From contig NC_090415.1 of the NCBI RefSeq assembly GCF_036365525.1, positions 13,144,001 to 13,208,000 of the forward strand: a DNA stretch of 64,000 nucleotides, read 5' to 3'. A model generated the notes under the pieces. It did not search any database, was not told the DNA's origin, and saw nothing but the letters and a program-made list of their open reading frames with translations. The stretch is from Heterodontus francisci (taxonomy: Eukaryota). Position 1 is the stretch's first letter, and the number at the start of each line of letters is the position of its first letter. Positions 1 to 10,778 of the stretch are shown here, piece by piece. Both the position numbers and the translations under genes were made by a program.

Positions 1-275
1 TACTGCCTGTGCGGAGTTTGCAAGTTCTCCCTGTGAATGCTTGGGTTTCCGCCTTGTGCTCCGGTTTGCTCCCACAGCCAAACACTTGCAGGTTGATAGG
101 TAAATTGGCAATCTTAAATTGCCCCTAGTACAGGTAGGAGAATTGAGGGAAGATAGGAATGTGGTAGGGAATATGGGATTAATATAGGAATAGTATGAAT
201 GGGTGGTTGATGGTCGGCACAGACTCAGTGGGCCGAAGGGCCTGTTTCAGTGCTGTATCACTCTCTGACTCTATG
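1..275 (+). mobile_element. HE1-like V-SINE, 5' end cut by the window edge
   Basis: V-SINE core (GTGCGGAGTTTGCAAGTTCTCCCTGTG...GGGTTTCC...CTCCGGTTT) plus CR1-type tail (GGGCCGAAGGGCCTGTTTCAGTGCTGTAT); near-identical to the full copy at 32880-33228. Confidence 0.85.
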
Positions 276-319
276 TACTACTAAAGCGTGTCTTTAGTTC
301 TCAAATGATCGCCGCTTAT

Positions 320-460
320 TTCAAAAGGGATCAAAGGATACGCGGACAAAGCGAGAACAGGGTACTGAGTTTGGATGCTCAGCCATGATCATATTGACTG
401 GCGGTGCAGGCTCGAAGCGCGGAATGGCTTACTCCTGCTCCAATCTTTCGATGTTTCTAT
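320..460 (+). mobile_element. CR1 LINE 3' end fragment
   Basis: CAGCCATGATCATATTGA..GGCGGTGCAGGCTCGAAG..GAATGGCTTACTCCTGCTCC resembles the CR1 3' tails at ~23750-23810 and ~61200-61265. Confidence 0.65.
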
Positions 461-697
461 TAAGTTGGTTATTCGGCCCGTCGTGTCGCGGCCGGCTCTC
501 TGCAAGACCAGCTCACCTCCTCCCACCGACCCGCCTTTGCTCCATTGCTCTGCAGTTTTGTTTTATTCTTGATATAATTATCCAATTCTGTTTTCAGGGT
601 CTCGATTGAATCTGCCCCCAACACACTCGATGTTATTCCTCTCCAATTTCAGATATTTCTGAAGGAATGGGAATATTCTTGCATGACTCACTTTTAG

Positions 698-711
698 CCA
701 GTAGATGGCAT
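698..711 (+). promoter_or_regulatory. candidate CTCF site
   Basis: CCAGTAGATGGCAT matches the CCASYAGRKGGCR core; AP-1-like TGACTCA at 684-690. Confidence 0.4.
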
Positions 712-754
712 CAGTCTACAATCATTTGGATCTTGTGATTTGTGTGCACACATA

Positions 755-930
755 TCGACCGCAATGGGTCTGCTGCTGCCCGGGGAGTTCTCCAAGTACG
801 CCGCCTTGGCAGGGACAAATACACTGACGAAGTTTACAGGTCCTTGTAAATCTCCACAATGTACAGAAATAAAACACGAAACGCAACATCTCTTTTAAAA
901 TCAGCCGACAGCTTCTTTGAAACAACTGCC
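755..930 (+). pseudogene. histone H2B 3' relic (inverted relative to the intact H2B)
   Basis: 758-849 reads TAMGLLLPGEFSKYAALAGTNTLTKFT.. versus H2[31 protein letters not shown], with a 1-nt deletion before TAA (847-849); the following TAAATCTCCACAATGTACAGAAA...TCTCTTTTAAAATCAGCC aligns with the H2B 3' UTR and a decayed stem-loop. Confidence 0.8.
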
Positions 931-940
931 CTGAAAAAAA

Positions 941-1080
941 AAACTGACCCTGCCCGGAACTGAGTTTGAAATCAGATAACACAACGGCTCTTCAAAGAGA
1001 CATCAAATTGGCAAAAGATAGAGCTGTTATCTCTTGTTGATTCCAGCACATAAACGTCTCAGAAGGATTTGACCACCCTC
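941..1080 (+). pseudogene. orphan histone H3 3' UTR with decayed stem-loop (H3 CDS absent)
   Basis: AAACTGACCCTGCCCGGAACTGAGTT...ACAACGGCTCTTCAAAGAGAC matches 30511-30650 directly after the H3 stop codon; the stem-loop at 986-1001 has a stem mismatch. Confidence 0.85.
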
Positions 1081-1404
1081 CTTACTGTCCACTGATAACT
1101 CTCGAAGCAGTGACCCAGATTCCTTTGTCTTCATATTGCAGCCGGGAATTTCAAGACCTTGCAGTTCTCAGTGTGAGAGCAGTGACACCATTGTATCCAA
1201 GTCATTTTATCAGAGTAGCTCATTTTAGAACTCAAGACACGCCTTACTGGTATATAAACGGTAGAATTGTGAAAAAAGCCTTACAAATATGGCAAGAGAA
1301 AATTAAAAGGCATTCCATCAGATGAGCAGATAAATGCTTGACTCCAGGACAATTCATAGCAACACAAAATAACGCGAACAGTATAACATTACCGTCTCTC
1401 AGAC

Positions 1405-1451
1405 AGTAACCATCCCTTTCACAGATGAAGTGGGTGGCTCTGAAAAGAGCC
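1405..1451 (-). terminator. histone 3' stem-loop (1436-1451) and U7 downstream element of H2A
   Basis: reverse complement GGCTCTTTTCAGAGCCACCCA followed by GAAAGGGATGG. Confidence 0.95.
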
Positions 1452-1481
1452 TTTGGGTTGACAAATTCAGGTCTGGCAGCT

Positions 1482-1871
1482 TCACTTGCCCTTCGTGCTC
1501 GGAGTGCTGGTTTTCTTGGGCAGCAGCACGGCCTGGATATTAGGCAGCACACCGCCTTGTGCGATGGTCACCCCTCCCAGCAGCCTGTTGAGCTCCTCGT
1601 CGTTGCGGACGGCCAGCTGCAGGTGTCTGGGGATGATACGGGTCTTCTTGTTGTCCCGGGCCGCGTTGCCGGCCAGCTCGAGGATTTCAGCTGTCAGATA
1701 CTCGAGCACAGCAGCCAGATAGACAGGGGCTCCGGCACCCACCCGCTCAGCATAGTTGCCCTTTTTAAGGAACCTGTGAACACGGCCCACCGGGAACTGC
1801 AGTCCAGCTCGGGAGGAGCGGGACTTGGCCTTGGACCGAGCTTTACCACTGGTCTTCCCTCTTCCAGACAT
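1482..1871 (-). CDS. H2A: histone H2A, replication-dependent, 129 aa
   Basis: [10 protein letters not shown]...[12 protein letters not shown]...[14 protein letters not shown]; intronless with stem-loop; real start is ATG 1871, not the longer ORF start. Confidence 0.97.
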   Translation of the reverse strand: MSGRGKTSGKARSKAKSRSSRAGLQFPVGRVHRFLKKGNYAERVGAGAPVYLAAVLEYLTAEILELAGNAARDNKKTRIIPRHLQLAVRNDEELNRLLGGVTIAQGGVLPNIQAVLLPKKTSTPSTKGK

Positions 1872-1899
1872 TTCCACAATCTCACAAGCACTTTCACGA

Positions 1900-2120
1900 A
1901 GAATGTTGAGATCCGCCCACATTCCTCCTCCTTGTACCTTCTGGAGGAATGGAGTGGTGGGCACTGCTGATTGGTCACTCTGCTCTGTGCTCTTCATGTA
2001 ACCAATCGGAGAGCTGCTGAATTCACCAATCAGGAGACGCCAAGGAGATGTGGGCGGAAAATAACGGCGCCAAATTGTCAGACTGCAGCCGATTTTTCAA
2101 ATTTGAAAAGCCCGCCAATA
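1900..2120 (-). promoter_or_regulatory. H2A promoter: GC box, CCAAT boxes, E2F/CHR-like element
   Basis: CCGCCC ~1913, ATTGG ~1970, CCAAT ~2001 and ~2025, TTTGAAAAGCCCGCCAA 2102-2118; no canonical TATA (GTACAA in its place). Confidence 0.7.
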
Positions 2121-2787
2121 TATTGGGGCGGCTTCAATATAGAATATTACATTTATAGTTCTTTTTTTACGGTTAAATAAATAAAACCTTTTTCATATTG
2201 TGTTATTCTACATTTGGTAACAAGTTCCAGATTGGCTTTTACATTCTGACATCTATTCGGGTTTACTCTCTGTCCTTTTTAAAACCAGCGGGCAGAAAGT
2301 CTCTTTCACAGCATTCTCCAACCGGGCACATTTCATGTCAATTTTCATAATAATACCGCATCACTGATGAACGATTGTTTGTTATTCGTGGGAGACAACA
2401 GCGGAGTGTAGATTTTCAGTGTCAGGTGTCAGCGTGTGAGACGGAGGGTTCCGACACCACCCGGGGTTCGAGATAATGTAATTATTAATTTTTGAGGTCA
2501 AATTTGAACTAGGCAAATAAGTGACTGCGAACTGATGTATGTGCGTTAAATCAGCTTTTATTGCCGATTTACAAAAAAGGGGCCGAATATGAACAGGTCC
2601 GAGAAAAAACCTCACAAATGGTCAGTGGCCAGTAATTTATGTCCGGGACATTATTAGTTAGAGATAGAAAGATCGCACGGGCAGTGAAACTGCATTCACC
2701 AGAATCTATGGGAGTAAAACAGAGATCACAAAGGCAAGGACACTTGATATATAAATCAATAGAAGTCGATACTATACAGACAATGTT

Positions 2788-2829
2788 GTAGCTTTTTCAG
2801 AGGAGTTGTGGGTGGCTCTTAAAAGAGCC
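2788..2829 (-). terminator. histone 3' stem-loop (2814-2829) and downstream element of H2B
   Basis: reverse complement GGCTCTTTTAAGAGCCACCCA, then GAAAAAGCT. Confidence 0.95.
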
Positions 2830-2868
2830 TTTTTGTGTTTTGGGTGTGTTTCAGTACATTGCGGATAT

Positions 2869-3249
2869 TTACTTGGAGCTGGTGTACTTGGTGACCGCCT
2901 TTGTACCTTCCGACACGGCGTGTTTGGCCAGCTCCCCGGGCAGCAGCAGGCGCACGGCGGTCTGGATCTCCCGGGAGCTGATGGTGCTGCGTTTGTTGTA
3001 ATGGGCCAGGCGGGAAGCCTCACGCGCGATTCGCTCGAAAATATCATTCACAAACGAATTCATGATGCTCATGGCCTTGGAGGAGATGCCGGTGTCAGGG
3101 TGAACCTGCTTCATCACTTTGTACACGTAGATGGAGTAACTTTCTTTCCTGGATCTTCTCCGTTTCTTGGTGCCCTTTGGTGGCGCCTTCTTCAGAACTT
3201 TCTTGGCGCCCTTCTTGGAAGGTGCTGCAGTTTTCTTCTCGTCAACCAT
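2869..3249 (-). CDS. H2B: histone H2B, 126 aa
   Basis: [14 protein letters not shown]...[27 protein letters not shown]...VTKYTSSK; ATG at 3249, TATA upstream. Confidence 0.97.
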   Translation of the reverse strand: MVDEKKTAAPSKKGAKKVLKKAPPKGTKKRRRSRKESYSIYVYKVMKQVHPDTGISSKAMSIMNSFVNDIFERIAREASRLAHYNKRSTISSREIQTAVRLLLPGELAKHAVSEGTKAVTKYTSSK

Positions 3250-3300
3250 GATCACGATCAACTTCAGACAAAGAATAACCGAAATTTCGCTCCAAGCTCG

Positions 3301-3436
3301 CATTTTATAGACATCCCCAGAACCCTATGCTAATGAAGGATGGGAGAAGGCCATGTTCATGATTGGCTGGTTTACAATGATGTCACTGCCTGATGTTCTG
3401 TATCTATCTGATTGGGTATCTAAAGTAACCAATCAC
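3301..3436 (-). promoter_or_regulatory. H2B promoter: TATA, octamer variant, CCAAT boxes, CRE-like site
   Basis: CTATAAAA 3303-3310; ATTAGCAT (octamer ATTTGCAT variant) 3327-3334; CCAAT ~3362, ~3411, ~3429; TGATGTCA 3378-3385. Confidence 0.8.
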
Positions 3437-3798
3437 ATTTTGTGCTTCTCACAGCCACAAACTGTCGCAGCAGTCAGATCGTCCAAACCCCTTTGCCGGC
3501 CCTTATCCATCTGCATCAGTGACTTTCTGAGTCCCTCTTCCTCATCAACCATTTCTATTTTGCTAGTACGAACTCGTCTCTTTTTTCACTCTCCGTATAA
3601 TTTCTCTATAGTTCCCTTCCTTATCAGGATGTAGCGCCCCTCCGCACTTCCGTCCATCAACAGGACCGAATCGTCCAGTTTAGTGAGGGTCAGAGTGGGA
3701 CAAATGCGAGCATTGAAGTGCAAGTCCTTATCTCCATGTAGCGTGCCAAATAAGGTTGGTCAGCTGCAGTCACAAGTAACCACATGAAAGATTTATAT

Positions 3799-4895
3799 GA
3801 CAGCGCTTCTGATATGTCTTCCTTTTTCCTCAACCGAGGATAACCTTGTCCTCACTTTCCACCCCATCAGCCTCCACATCCAAAGAATCATCCTCCGCCA
3901 TTTCTGCCACTTCCAGCGTGATGCCACTACCAAATACATCTTCCCCTCCCTTCCCCTGTCAGCATTCCGAAGGGATCGTTCCCTCTGCGACACCCTGGTC
4001 CACTCCTGCATTACTCCCACCACCTTGTCTCCTTCCCACGGCACCTTCCCCTGCAATCACAGGAGGTGTAATACCTGCCCCTTTACCTCCTCTCTTCTCA
4101 CAATCCCAGGCCCCAAACACTCCTTTCGAGTGAAGCAGCGATTCACTAGTACTTCTTTCAATTTAGTACACTGTATTCGCTGCTCACAAAGTGGTCTCCT
4201 CTACATTGGGGAGACCAAACATATACTGGGTGACCGCTTTGCACAACACTTCTGCTCAGTCTGAAAGCATGACCCCGAGCTTCCGGTTGCTTGTCATTTC
4301 AACACTCCCCCCTGCTCTCATGCTCATATCTCTGTCCTGGGATTGCTGTAGTGTTCCAGGGAACATCAACGCAAGCTCGAGGAACAGCATCTCATTTACT
4401 GATCAGGCACAATACAACCTGCAAGACTGAACATTGAGTTCAATAATTTCAGAGCATGACGGGCCCCCCATTTTACTTTTATTTTTAGTTATTCTTTCTT
4501 ATTTATATATATTTTTCTTGTTATTTTATTTTATATCATCTTAGTTGGTACAGTTTGCTTACCCACTTTTTTTTCCATGTTGGTACTTGTGGCTATTCAA
4601 TTTTCATCCATTAACACCCTATCTGTACTAATGCTTTGTCTTTCAACACGCTATTAACATAATGTTTGCCTTTGCTCCATGACCTTCTGGTCAGATATTC
4701 TGTGACGTTGTCCTTTCTACACCTTCTCCTTTGTTATCTCGCGACCCACCCCCGCTTTACTTGCTTAAAACCTTTCACATTTCTAATATTTACCAGTTCT
4801 GAAGAAGGGTCACTGACGTGAAATGTTAACTCTGCTTCTCTCTCCACAGATGCTGCCAAACCAGCTGAGTATATCCAGCATTTCTTGTTTTCATT
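3799..4895 (+). mobile_element. Penelope-like retroelement, 5'-truncated (GIY-YIG endonuclease plus terminal repeat)
   Basis: ORF 3797-4264 has LVLTFHP, the CxxxRCxTC linker and LLYIGETK..LGDRFAQH; 15-bp target-site duplication ATGAAAGATTTATAT at 3784-3798 and 4896-4910; empty site at ~33607-33621. Confidence 0.9.
4795..4831 (+). ncRNA. degenerate minimal hammerhead ribozyme motif of the Penelope terminus
   Basis: AGTT-CTGAAGA-A-GGGTC/ACT/GACGT-GAAA-TG-TT-AACT: both core boxes present, stem I AGTT/AACT, stem II mismatched. Confidence 0.65.
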
Positions 4896-5169
4896 ATGAA
4901 AGATTTATATAGTCGCAATTACATAATTCTGGCTGAAACTAGGCGAGGCAAGGGAACTTATTATTACTGGCGACAAATATTCAGGAAAGATAGGTCTGAA
5001 AAATATGGAGGATTGTGGAGTGGAAAAAAATGATCAAATAGAATATGATAACACTGGCAGGGATGATGTTTCTGAGATGTTAACAAAAGAATCTATTTGG
5101 TCATATATGTGGAATATGGCAGGAGGAAATGCATGGACATTCTGGGTCGTGAAATGTTTGTCCTTCCCT

Positions 5170-6147
5170 GCCGGACATGTGAGTGTGGGATTCATTCTGT
5201 GCCCATCAGTATGTGATATTTACCCATGGCTTTTACTCCGTATCTGTCAATCTATGGTCAATGATTTGGTCATTTCATTCAATAATTTCAATCTTCAATG
5301 GGTGATTCTGTTTTTTGTTTCTCTGTAACATTCAGTTTCTAAATGGGTGATTATAGGTTTTGTTCTGTACCAATGAGCTTCCACTGAGTGAGTGTGGGTT
5401 TTGTTATGCATCTGTTAATATCTGATTTTGGAGTCTGGGCATTTCTCTTTATCTGTTAATTTCTGAATTGTGAATTTGGATTTTAATCTGCACCTGTCAG
5501 TTTCTGGTATGAAAGGTTGTTTGATTTTGTCTCTGTACCTGTTAGTAAGTGGCATTTTTGTGTAGCTTTACACTGCACATGTTAATTGATGACACACCAG
5601 CGTTGTTTTCACTCGACATGTCAGTCTCTGGTTTGGAGACCTCAACTGTGTTCTGTATCCATCAGATGTCTACATATAAGGATAGGTTTTAAACTGTTCC
5701 TTTCAATCTGTTGTATGTAAGTACTGTTTATTATCTGTATCTGTAAGTTTCTGATGAATGAATGTGGACTGTATCGCGTCCCTGTCAGTGGTTCATTAAG
5801 AGATATTTTACAAGGTACCTGCCAGTTCTGATATGTGAGTGTGGGTTGTGATCTACATCTGGCCGTTTCTGGTACGGGAAATGAACAGTGTTTTCACTCT
5901 GTGTACATTAGCCTCAAGTGTCAGAAGCTGGGTTTAGTCATACATCTCATTCTCTGCTGTATGATTGTGGATTTACATCTGTACAAGTTAGTTTCGGGTA
6001 CGGGCGTGTGAATTTTATTCTGTATGCCAATTTCTGGTATGTGAGTGTGTGTTCTTTCTGTCCTGTCACTTTCTGTTGAACTGTATGATGGATTTGCTTT
6101 GGATCTGTGAATTTCTGCTATGTGAATGTTGGCTTTCCTTTACATTT
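5170..6147. repeat. degenerate ~40-41 bp T/G-rich tandem repeat block
   Basis: recurring TTTTAxTCTGTAxCTGTCAGTTTCTGxTATGTGAxTGTGG-like units. Confidence 0.75.
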
Positions 6148-6148
6148 G

Positions 6149-6747
6149 TCATAGAGTTATACAGCACAGAAACAGGCCCTTTGGCCCATTGTGTCTCTGC
6201 CTCCCATCAAGCATGAATCTATTCGAATCACATTTTCCAGCACTTGGCCCATAGTCTTGTATGCTATGACGTTTCAAGTGTTCATCTAAATCCTTCTCAA
6301 ATGCTATGAGGGGTCCTGACTCTACCAGCCCTTCAGGTAGTGTGTTCCAGATTCCAACCACAGTCTGGGTGAAATATTTTCTCCTCAAGTCCCCTCTAAA
6401 CCTGCTGCCCATTACTTAAATCTATCTCCCCTGGTTGTTGATCCCTCCACTGAGGGAACGTTTTCTTCCTATCTGTACTATCAATGTCCCGTGTAATTTT
6501 GTATACCTCAATCAGTTCCCCCCTCAGCCTTCTCTGCTCCAAGGAAAACAACCCGAGCCTATCCAGTCTCTCTTCATAACTGAAATGCCACAGCCCAGGA
6601 AACATCCTGATGAATCTCCTCTGCACGCTCTCCATTGCAATCACGTCCTTCCTTTGCTGAGTTGACCAGAACTGTACACAGTACTCCAGCTGTGGCCTCA
6701 CTAGCATTTCATTCAGCTCCCTCATAACCTCCCTGCTCTTATATTCT
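6149..6747 (-). mobile_element. CR1 LINE 3' end
   Basis: LVRPQLEYCVQFWS...LERVQRRF-type ORF2 C-terminus and tail; copy of 39670-40267. Confidence 0.9.
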
Positions 6748-6814
6748 CATTCTCTGGTATTTGAGTTTGTGTCTTTTTATTCTGGTTAGCTGTCACACTC
6801 ACTTCTCTGAAGAA

Positions 6815-8549
6815 AACATCTTATGAACCGTCTACAACACATTTACTTCCTTTATTAAATAAGGAGACCAAAACTGCACACAGTAATCTAGATGTGGTCT
6901 CACCAATGCCCTGTATAACTGAAGTATAACGTGATTATTTTCATTTTCAATTCCTCACGTAATACTGGATAGCATTCCATTTGCCTTCCTTCTGTCTTGC
7001 TGTAACGGCAAACTAACTTTTTTGACTCATGCACTAGAACACCTAGATCCCTCTCCAGAATTCTGCAGTCGCTCAGCACTGAAATATTTTTAAATCTTCC
7101 TGACAAAGTGAACAACTTCCCATTTTCTCACATTGTACATCATCTGCCAGATTCCTGCCCACTCACTCAACCTATCTATATTAGTCTTCAACTTCCTTAT
7201 GTCCTCCTCACAACATACATTCCTACCTATCTTTGTTTCATCTGCAAATTTAGCTGCCATGTCATCACTCCCCTCATCTACGTCATTGATATAAATTGTA
7301 AAAAGTTGAGGCCCCAGCACTCGTCACATCCTGCCAATCAGAAAAGGACCCATTTCTGCATTCTGTGTGTTCTGCCAGCCAGTCAATCTTCTATCCATGC
7401 CAATATGTTACCCATGAGCTCCTACTTTGCACAATAACCTTTTATGTGGCACCTTGTCAAATGCCTTCTGGAAATCCAAGTACTGTATGTCAACCGGGTT
7501 CCCCTTTATCCACAGTGCATGTTAGTCCTTCAAGGAACTTCAATAAATAGGTTAAACATGATTTCCCCTTCACAAAACCATGCTGACTATTCCTGATGAC
7601 CTTATGTTTCTCAAAATGCCCAGCTATAGCCTCCTCATTGATCAATTCTACCACCTTCCTCATGACAGGGGTTAAACTAACTGGCCTATAGTTAGTGTTA
7701 ACTCTGCATCTCTCTCCACAGATGCTGCCAGACCTGCTGAGTATTTCCAGCATTTCTTCTTTTTGTTTCAAATTTCCAGCATCTGTAGTATTTTGCTTTT
7801 ATATTACTATAGTTACTCTTTCTCTGCCTCCACACCTTCTCGAATAGAGGGGTTATATTTTCTACTTTCCAGTCTGATGTCACCTTTCCAGAATCTTACG
7901 AATTTTGAAAAATTAACACCACCTTCCGTAGCCACCATTTTGAAACTCCTAGGATGAAGCCCATCGGGATCTGTGGACTTGTCAGTCCGTTGCTCCATCA
8001 CTTTACTCAGTACCACTTCCCTGGTGATTGTAATTTCAACAAGTTCCTCTCTTCCATCCACCTCCTGATTTACAGCTATGATGGGAATGTTTTTTGTATT
8101 TGCTACAGTGAAGATAGAAGCATTTTTTAATGTACATTTCTTCTGTCATTTCCTTATTCTCAACCTTTAACTCCTAATTTTCATTCTCTAGAGGACCAAC
8201 ACTCAATTCACTTACACTTTTCCTTTTCTAATACCTGTGGAAACTCTTGCTATCTGTTTTTAGATTTCTCACTAGCTTAAACCCATGCTCTAATTTATTT
8301 TTTTCCTGATTAACCTTTTAGTCATTCTCTGCCATTCTATATATTATGACCAATCATCTGACCTGCCACTCATCTTTGCTCAATTATATGCTTTTTCATT
8401 CAGTTTGATGCCTTCCTTAACTTCTTTAATCAACCATGGATGGGGGATCCTCCCCTTGGAATTTTCCTTTATAGTAGGGATATCCTTATTTTGAGTATTC
8501 TGAAATATCCACTTAAATGTCTGCCACTGCTTCTCTATTGAACTATCTC
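6815..8549 (-). mobile_element. old decayed CR1 LINE (RT region) containing a Penelope-tail fragment at ~7697-7805
   Basis: LGPQLFTIYIND..KFADETK, NYRPVSLT, QHGFVKGKSCLT fragments in shifting frames. Confidence 0.85.
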
Positions 8550-10778
8550 AAAGAACAAAGAACAAAGAAAATTACAGCACAGGAACAGGCCCTTCGGCCC
8601 TCCAAGCCTACGCCGATCCAAATCCTCTATCTAAACCTGTCGCCTGTTCTCTAAGGGTCTGTATCTCTTTACTTCCTGCCCGTTCATGTATCTGTCTAGA
8701 TACATCTTAAAAGACGCTATCGTGCCCGCGTCTACCACCTCTGCTGGCAATGCGTTCCATGCACCCACCACCCTCTGCGTAAAGAACTTTCCAAGCATAT
8801 CCCCCCTAAACTTTTCCCCTTTCACTTTGAACTCATGTCCCCTTGTAATTGAAACCCCCACTCTGGGAAAAAGCCTCTTGCTATCCACCCTGTCTATACC
8901 TCTCATGATTTTGTACACCTCAATCAGGTCCCCCCTCAACCTCCGTCTTTCTAATGAAAATAATCCTAATCTACTCAACCTCTCTTCATAGCTAGCGCCC
9001 TCTATACCAGGCAACATCCTGGTGAACCTCCTCTGCACCCTCTCCAAAGCATCCACATCCTTTTGGTAATGTGGCGACCAGAACTGCACGCAGTATTCCA
9101 AATGTGGCCGAACCAAAGTCCTATACAACTGTTACATGACCTGCCAACTTTTGTACTTAATACCCCGTCCGATGAAGGAAAGCATGCTGTGTGCCTTCTT
9201 GACCAGTCTATTGACCTGCGTTGCCACCTTCAGGGAACAATGGACCTGAACACCCAAATCTCTCTGCACATCAATTATCCCCAGGACTTTTCCATTTACT
9301 GTACAGTTTATTCTTGAATTGGATCTTCCAAAATGCATCACCTCGCATTTGCCCTGATTGAACTCCATCTGCCATTTCTCTGCCCAACTCTCCAGTCTAT
9401 CTATATTGTGCTGTATTCTCTGACAGTCCCCTTCACTATCTGCTACTCCACCAATCTTAGTGTCGTCTGCAAACTTGCTAATCAGACCTCCTATACTTTC
9501 CTCCAAATCATTTATGTATATCACAAACAACAATGGTCCCAGCACGGATCCCTGTGGAACACCACTGGTCACACATCTCCATTTTGAGAAACTGCCTTCC
9601 ACTGCTACTCTCTGTCTCCTGTTGTCCAGCCAGTTCTTTATCCATCTAGCTAGTACACCTTGGACCCCATGCGCCTTCACTTTCTCCATCAGCCTACCAT
9701 GGGGAACCTTATCAAACGCCTTACTGAAGTCCATGTATACGACATCTACAGCCCTTCCCTCATCAATCAACTTTGTCACTTCCTCAAAGAATTCTATTAA
9801 GTTGGTAAGACATGACCTTCCCTGCACAAAACCATGTTGCCTATCACTGATAAGCCCATTTTCTTCCAGATGGGAATAGATCCTATCCCTCAGTATCTTC
9901 TCCAGCAGCTTTCCTACCACTGACGTCAGGCTCACTGGTCTATAATTACCTGGATTATCCCTGCTACCCTTCTTAAACAAGGGGACAACATTAGCAATTC
10001 TCCAGTCCTCTGGGACCTCACCCGTGTTTAAGGATGTTGCAAAGATATCTGTTAAGGCCCCAACTATTTCCTCTCTCGCTTCCCACAGCAACCTGTGATA
10101 GATCCCATCCGGACCTGGGGACTTGTCCACCTTAATGCCTTTTAGAATACCCAACATTTCCTCCCTCCTTGTGCCGACTTGACCGAGAGTAATCAAACAT
10201 CTGTCCCTAACCTCAACATCCGTCATGTCCCTCTCCTCGGTGAATACCGATGCAAAGTACTCGTTTAGAATCTCACCCATTTTCTCTGACTCCACGCATA
10301 ACTTTCCTCCTTTGTCCTTGAGTGGGCCAATCCTTTCTCTAGTTACCCTCTTGCTCCTTCTATATGAATAAAAGGCTTTGGGATTTTCCTTAACCCTGTT
10401 TGCTAAAGATATTTCATGACCCCTTTTAACCCTCTTAATTCCTCGTTTCAGATTGCGCCTACAATCCCGATATTCTTTCAAAGCTTCGTCTTTCTTCAGC
10501 CGCCTAGACCTTATGTATGCTTCCTTTTTCCTCTTCGCTAGTCTCACAATTTCACCTGTCATCCATGGTTCCCTAATCTTGCCATTTCTATCCCTCATTT
10601 TCACAGGAACATGTCTCTCCTGCATGCTAATCAACCTCTCTTTAAAAGCCTCCCACATCTCAAATGTGGATTTACCTTCAAACAGCTGCTCCCAATCTAC
10701 ATTCCCCAGCTCCTGCCGAATTTTGGTGTAGTTGGCCTTGCCCCAATTTAGCACTCTTCCTTTAGGACCACTCTCGTC
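8550..10778 (-). mobile_element. young 5'-truncated CR1 (HER1-like) LINE with nearly intact reverse transcriptase
   Basis: RT motifs DFSKAFDKVPH, GVPQGSVLGP, SKFADD; (TTTGTTC)n tail at ~8550-8570; single nonsense codon at 9132-9134. Confidence 0.95.

Noticed and set aside
1482-1520. H2A.X identity suggested by the [10 protein letters not shown]-terminus
   Set aside because: No C-terminal SQ(E/D)Y motif in either copy
1425-1970. Long antisense ORFs over H2A, H2B, H1 and H3 (e.g. MKWVALKRAF.., 30015-30611)
   Set aside because: Expected shadow frames of GC3-rich histone codons; WVALKRAF is just the reverse-complemented stem-loop
1872-1997. N-terminal extensions of histone ORFs (H2A 42 and 38 aa, H2B 18 aa, H1 60 aa)
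   Set aside because: They start inside promoter elements (CCAAT, TATA, AC-box regions), often at non-ATG codons; the canonical initiator lies downstream
9460-9879. Conserved antisense ORFs such as MSSANLLI..PSTDPCGTPLVT seen several times
   Set aside because: Reverse frame of CR1 RT motifs FADD and GVPQGS
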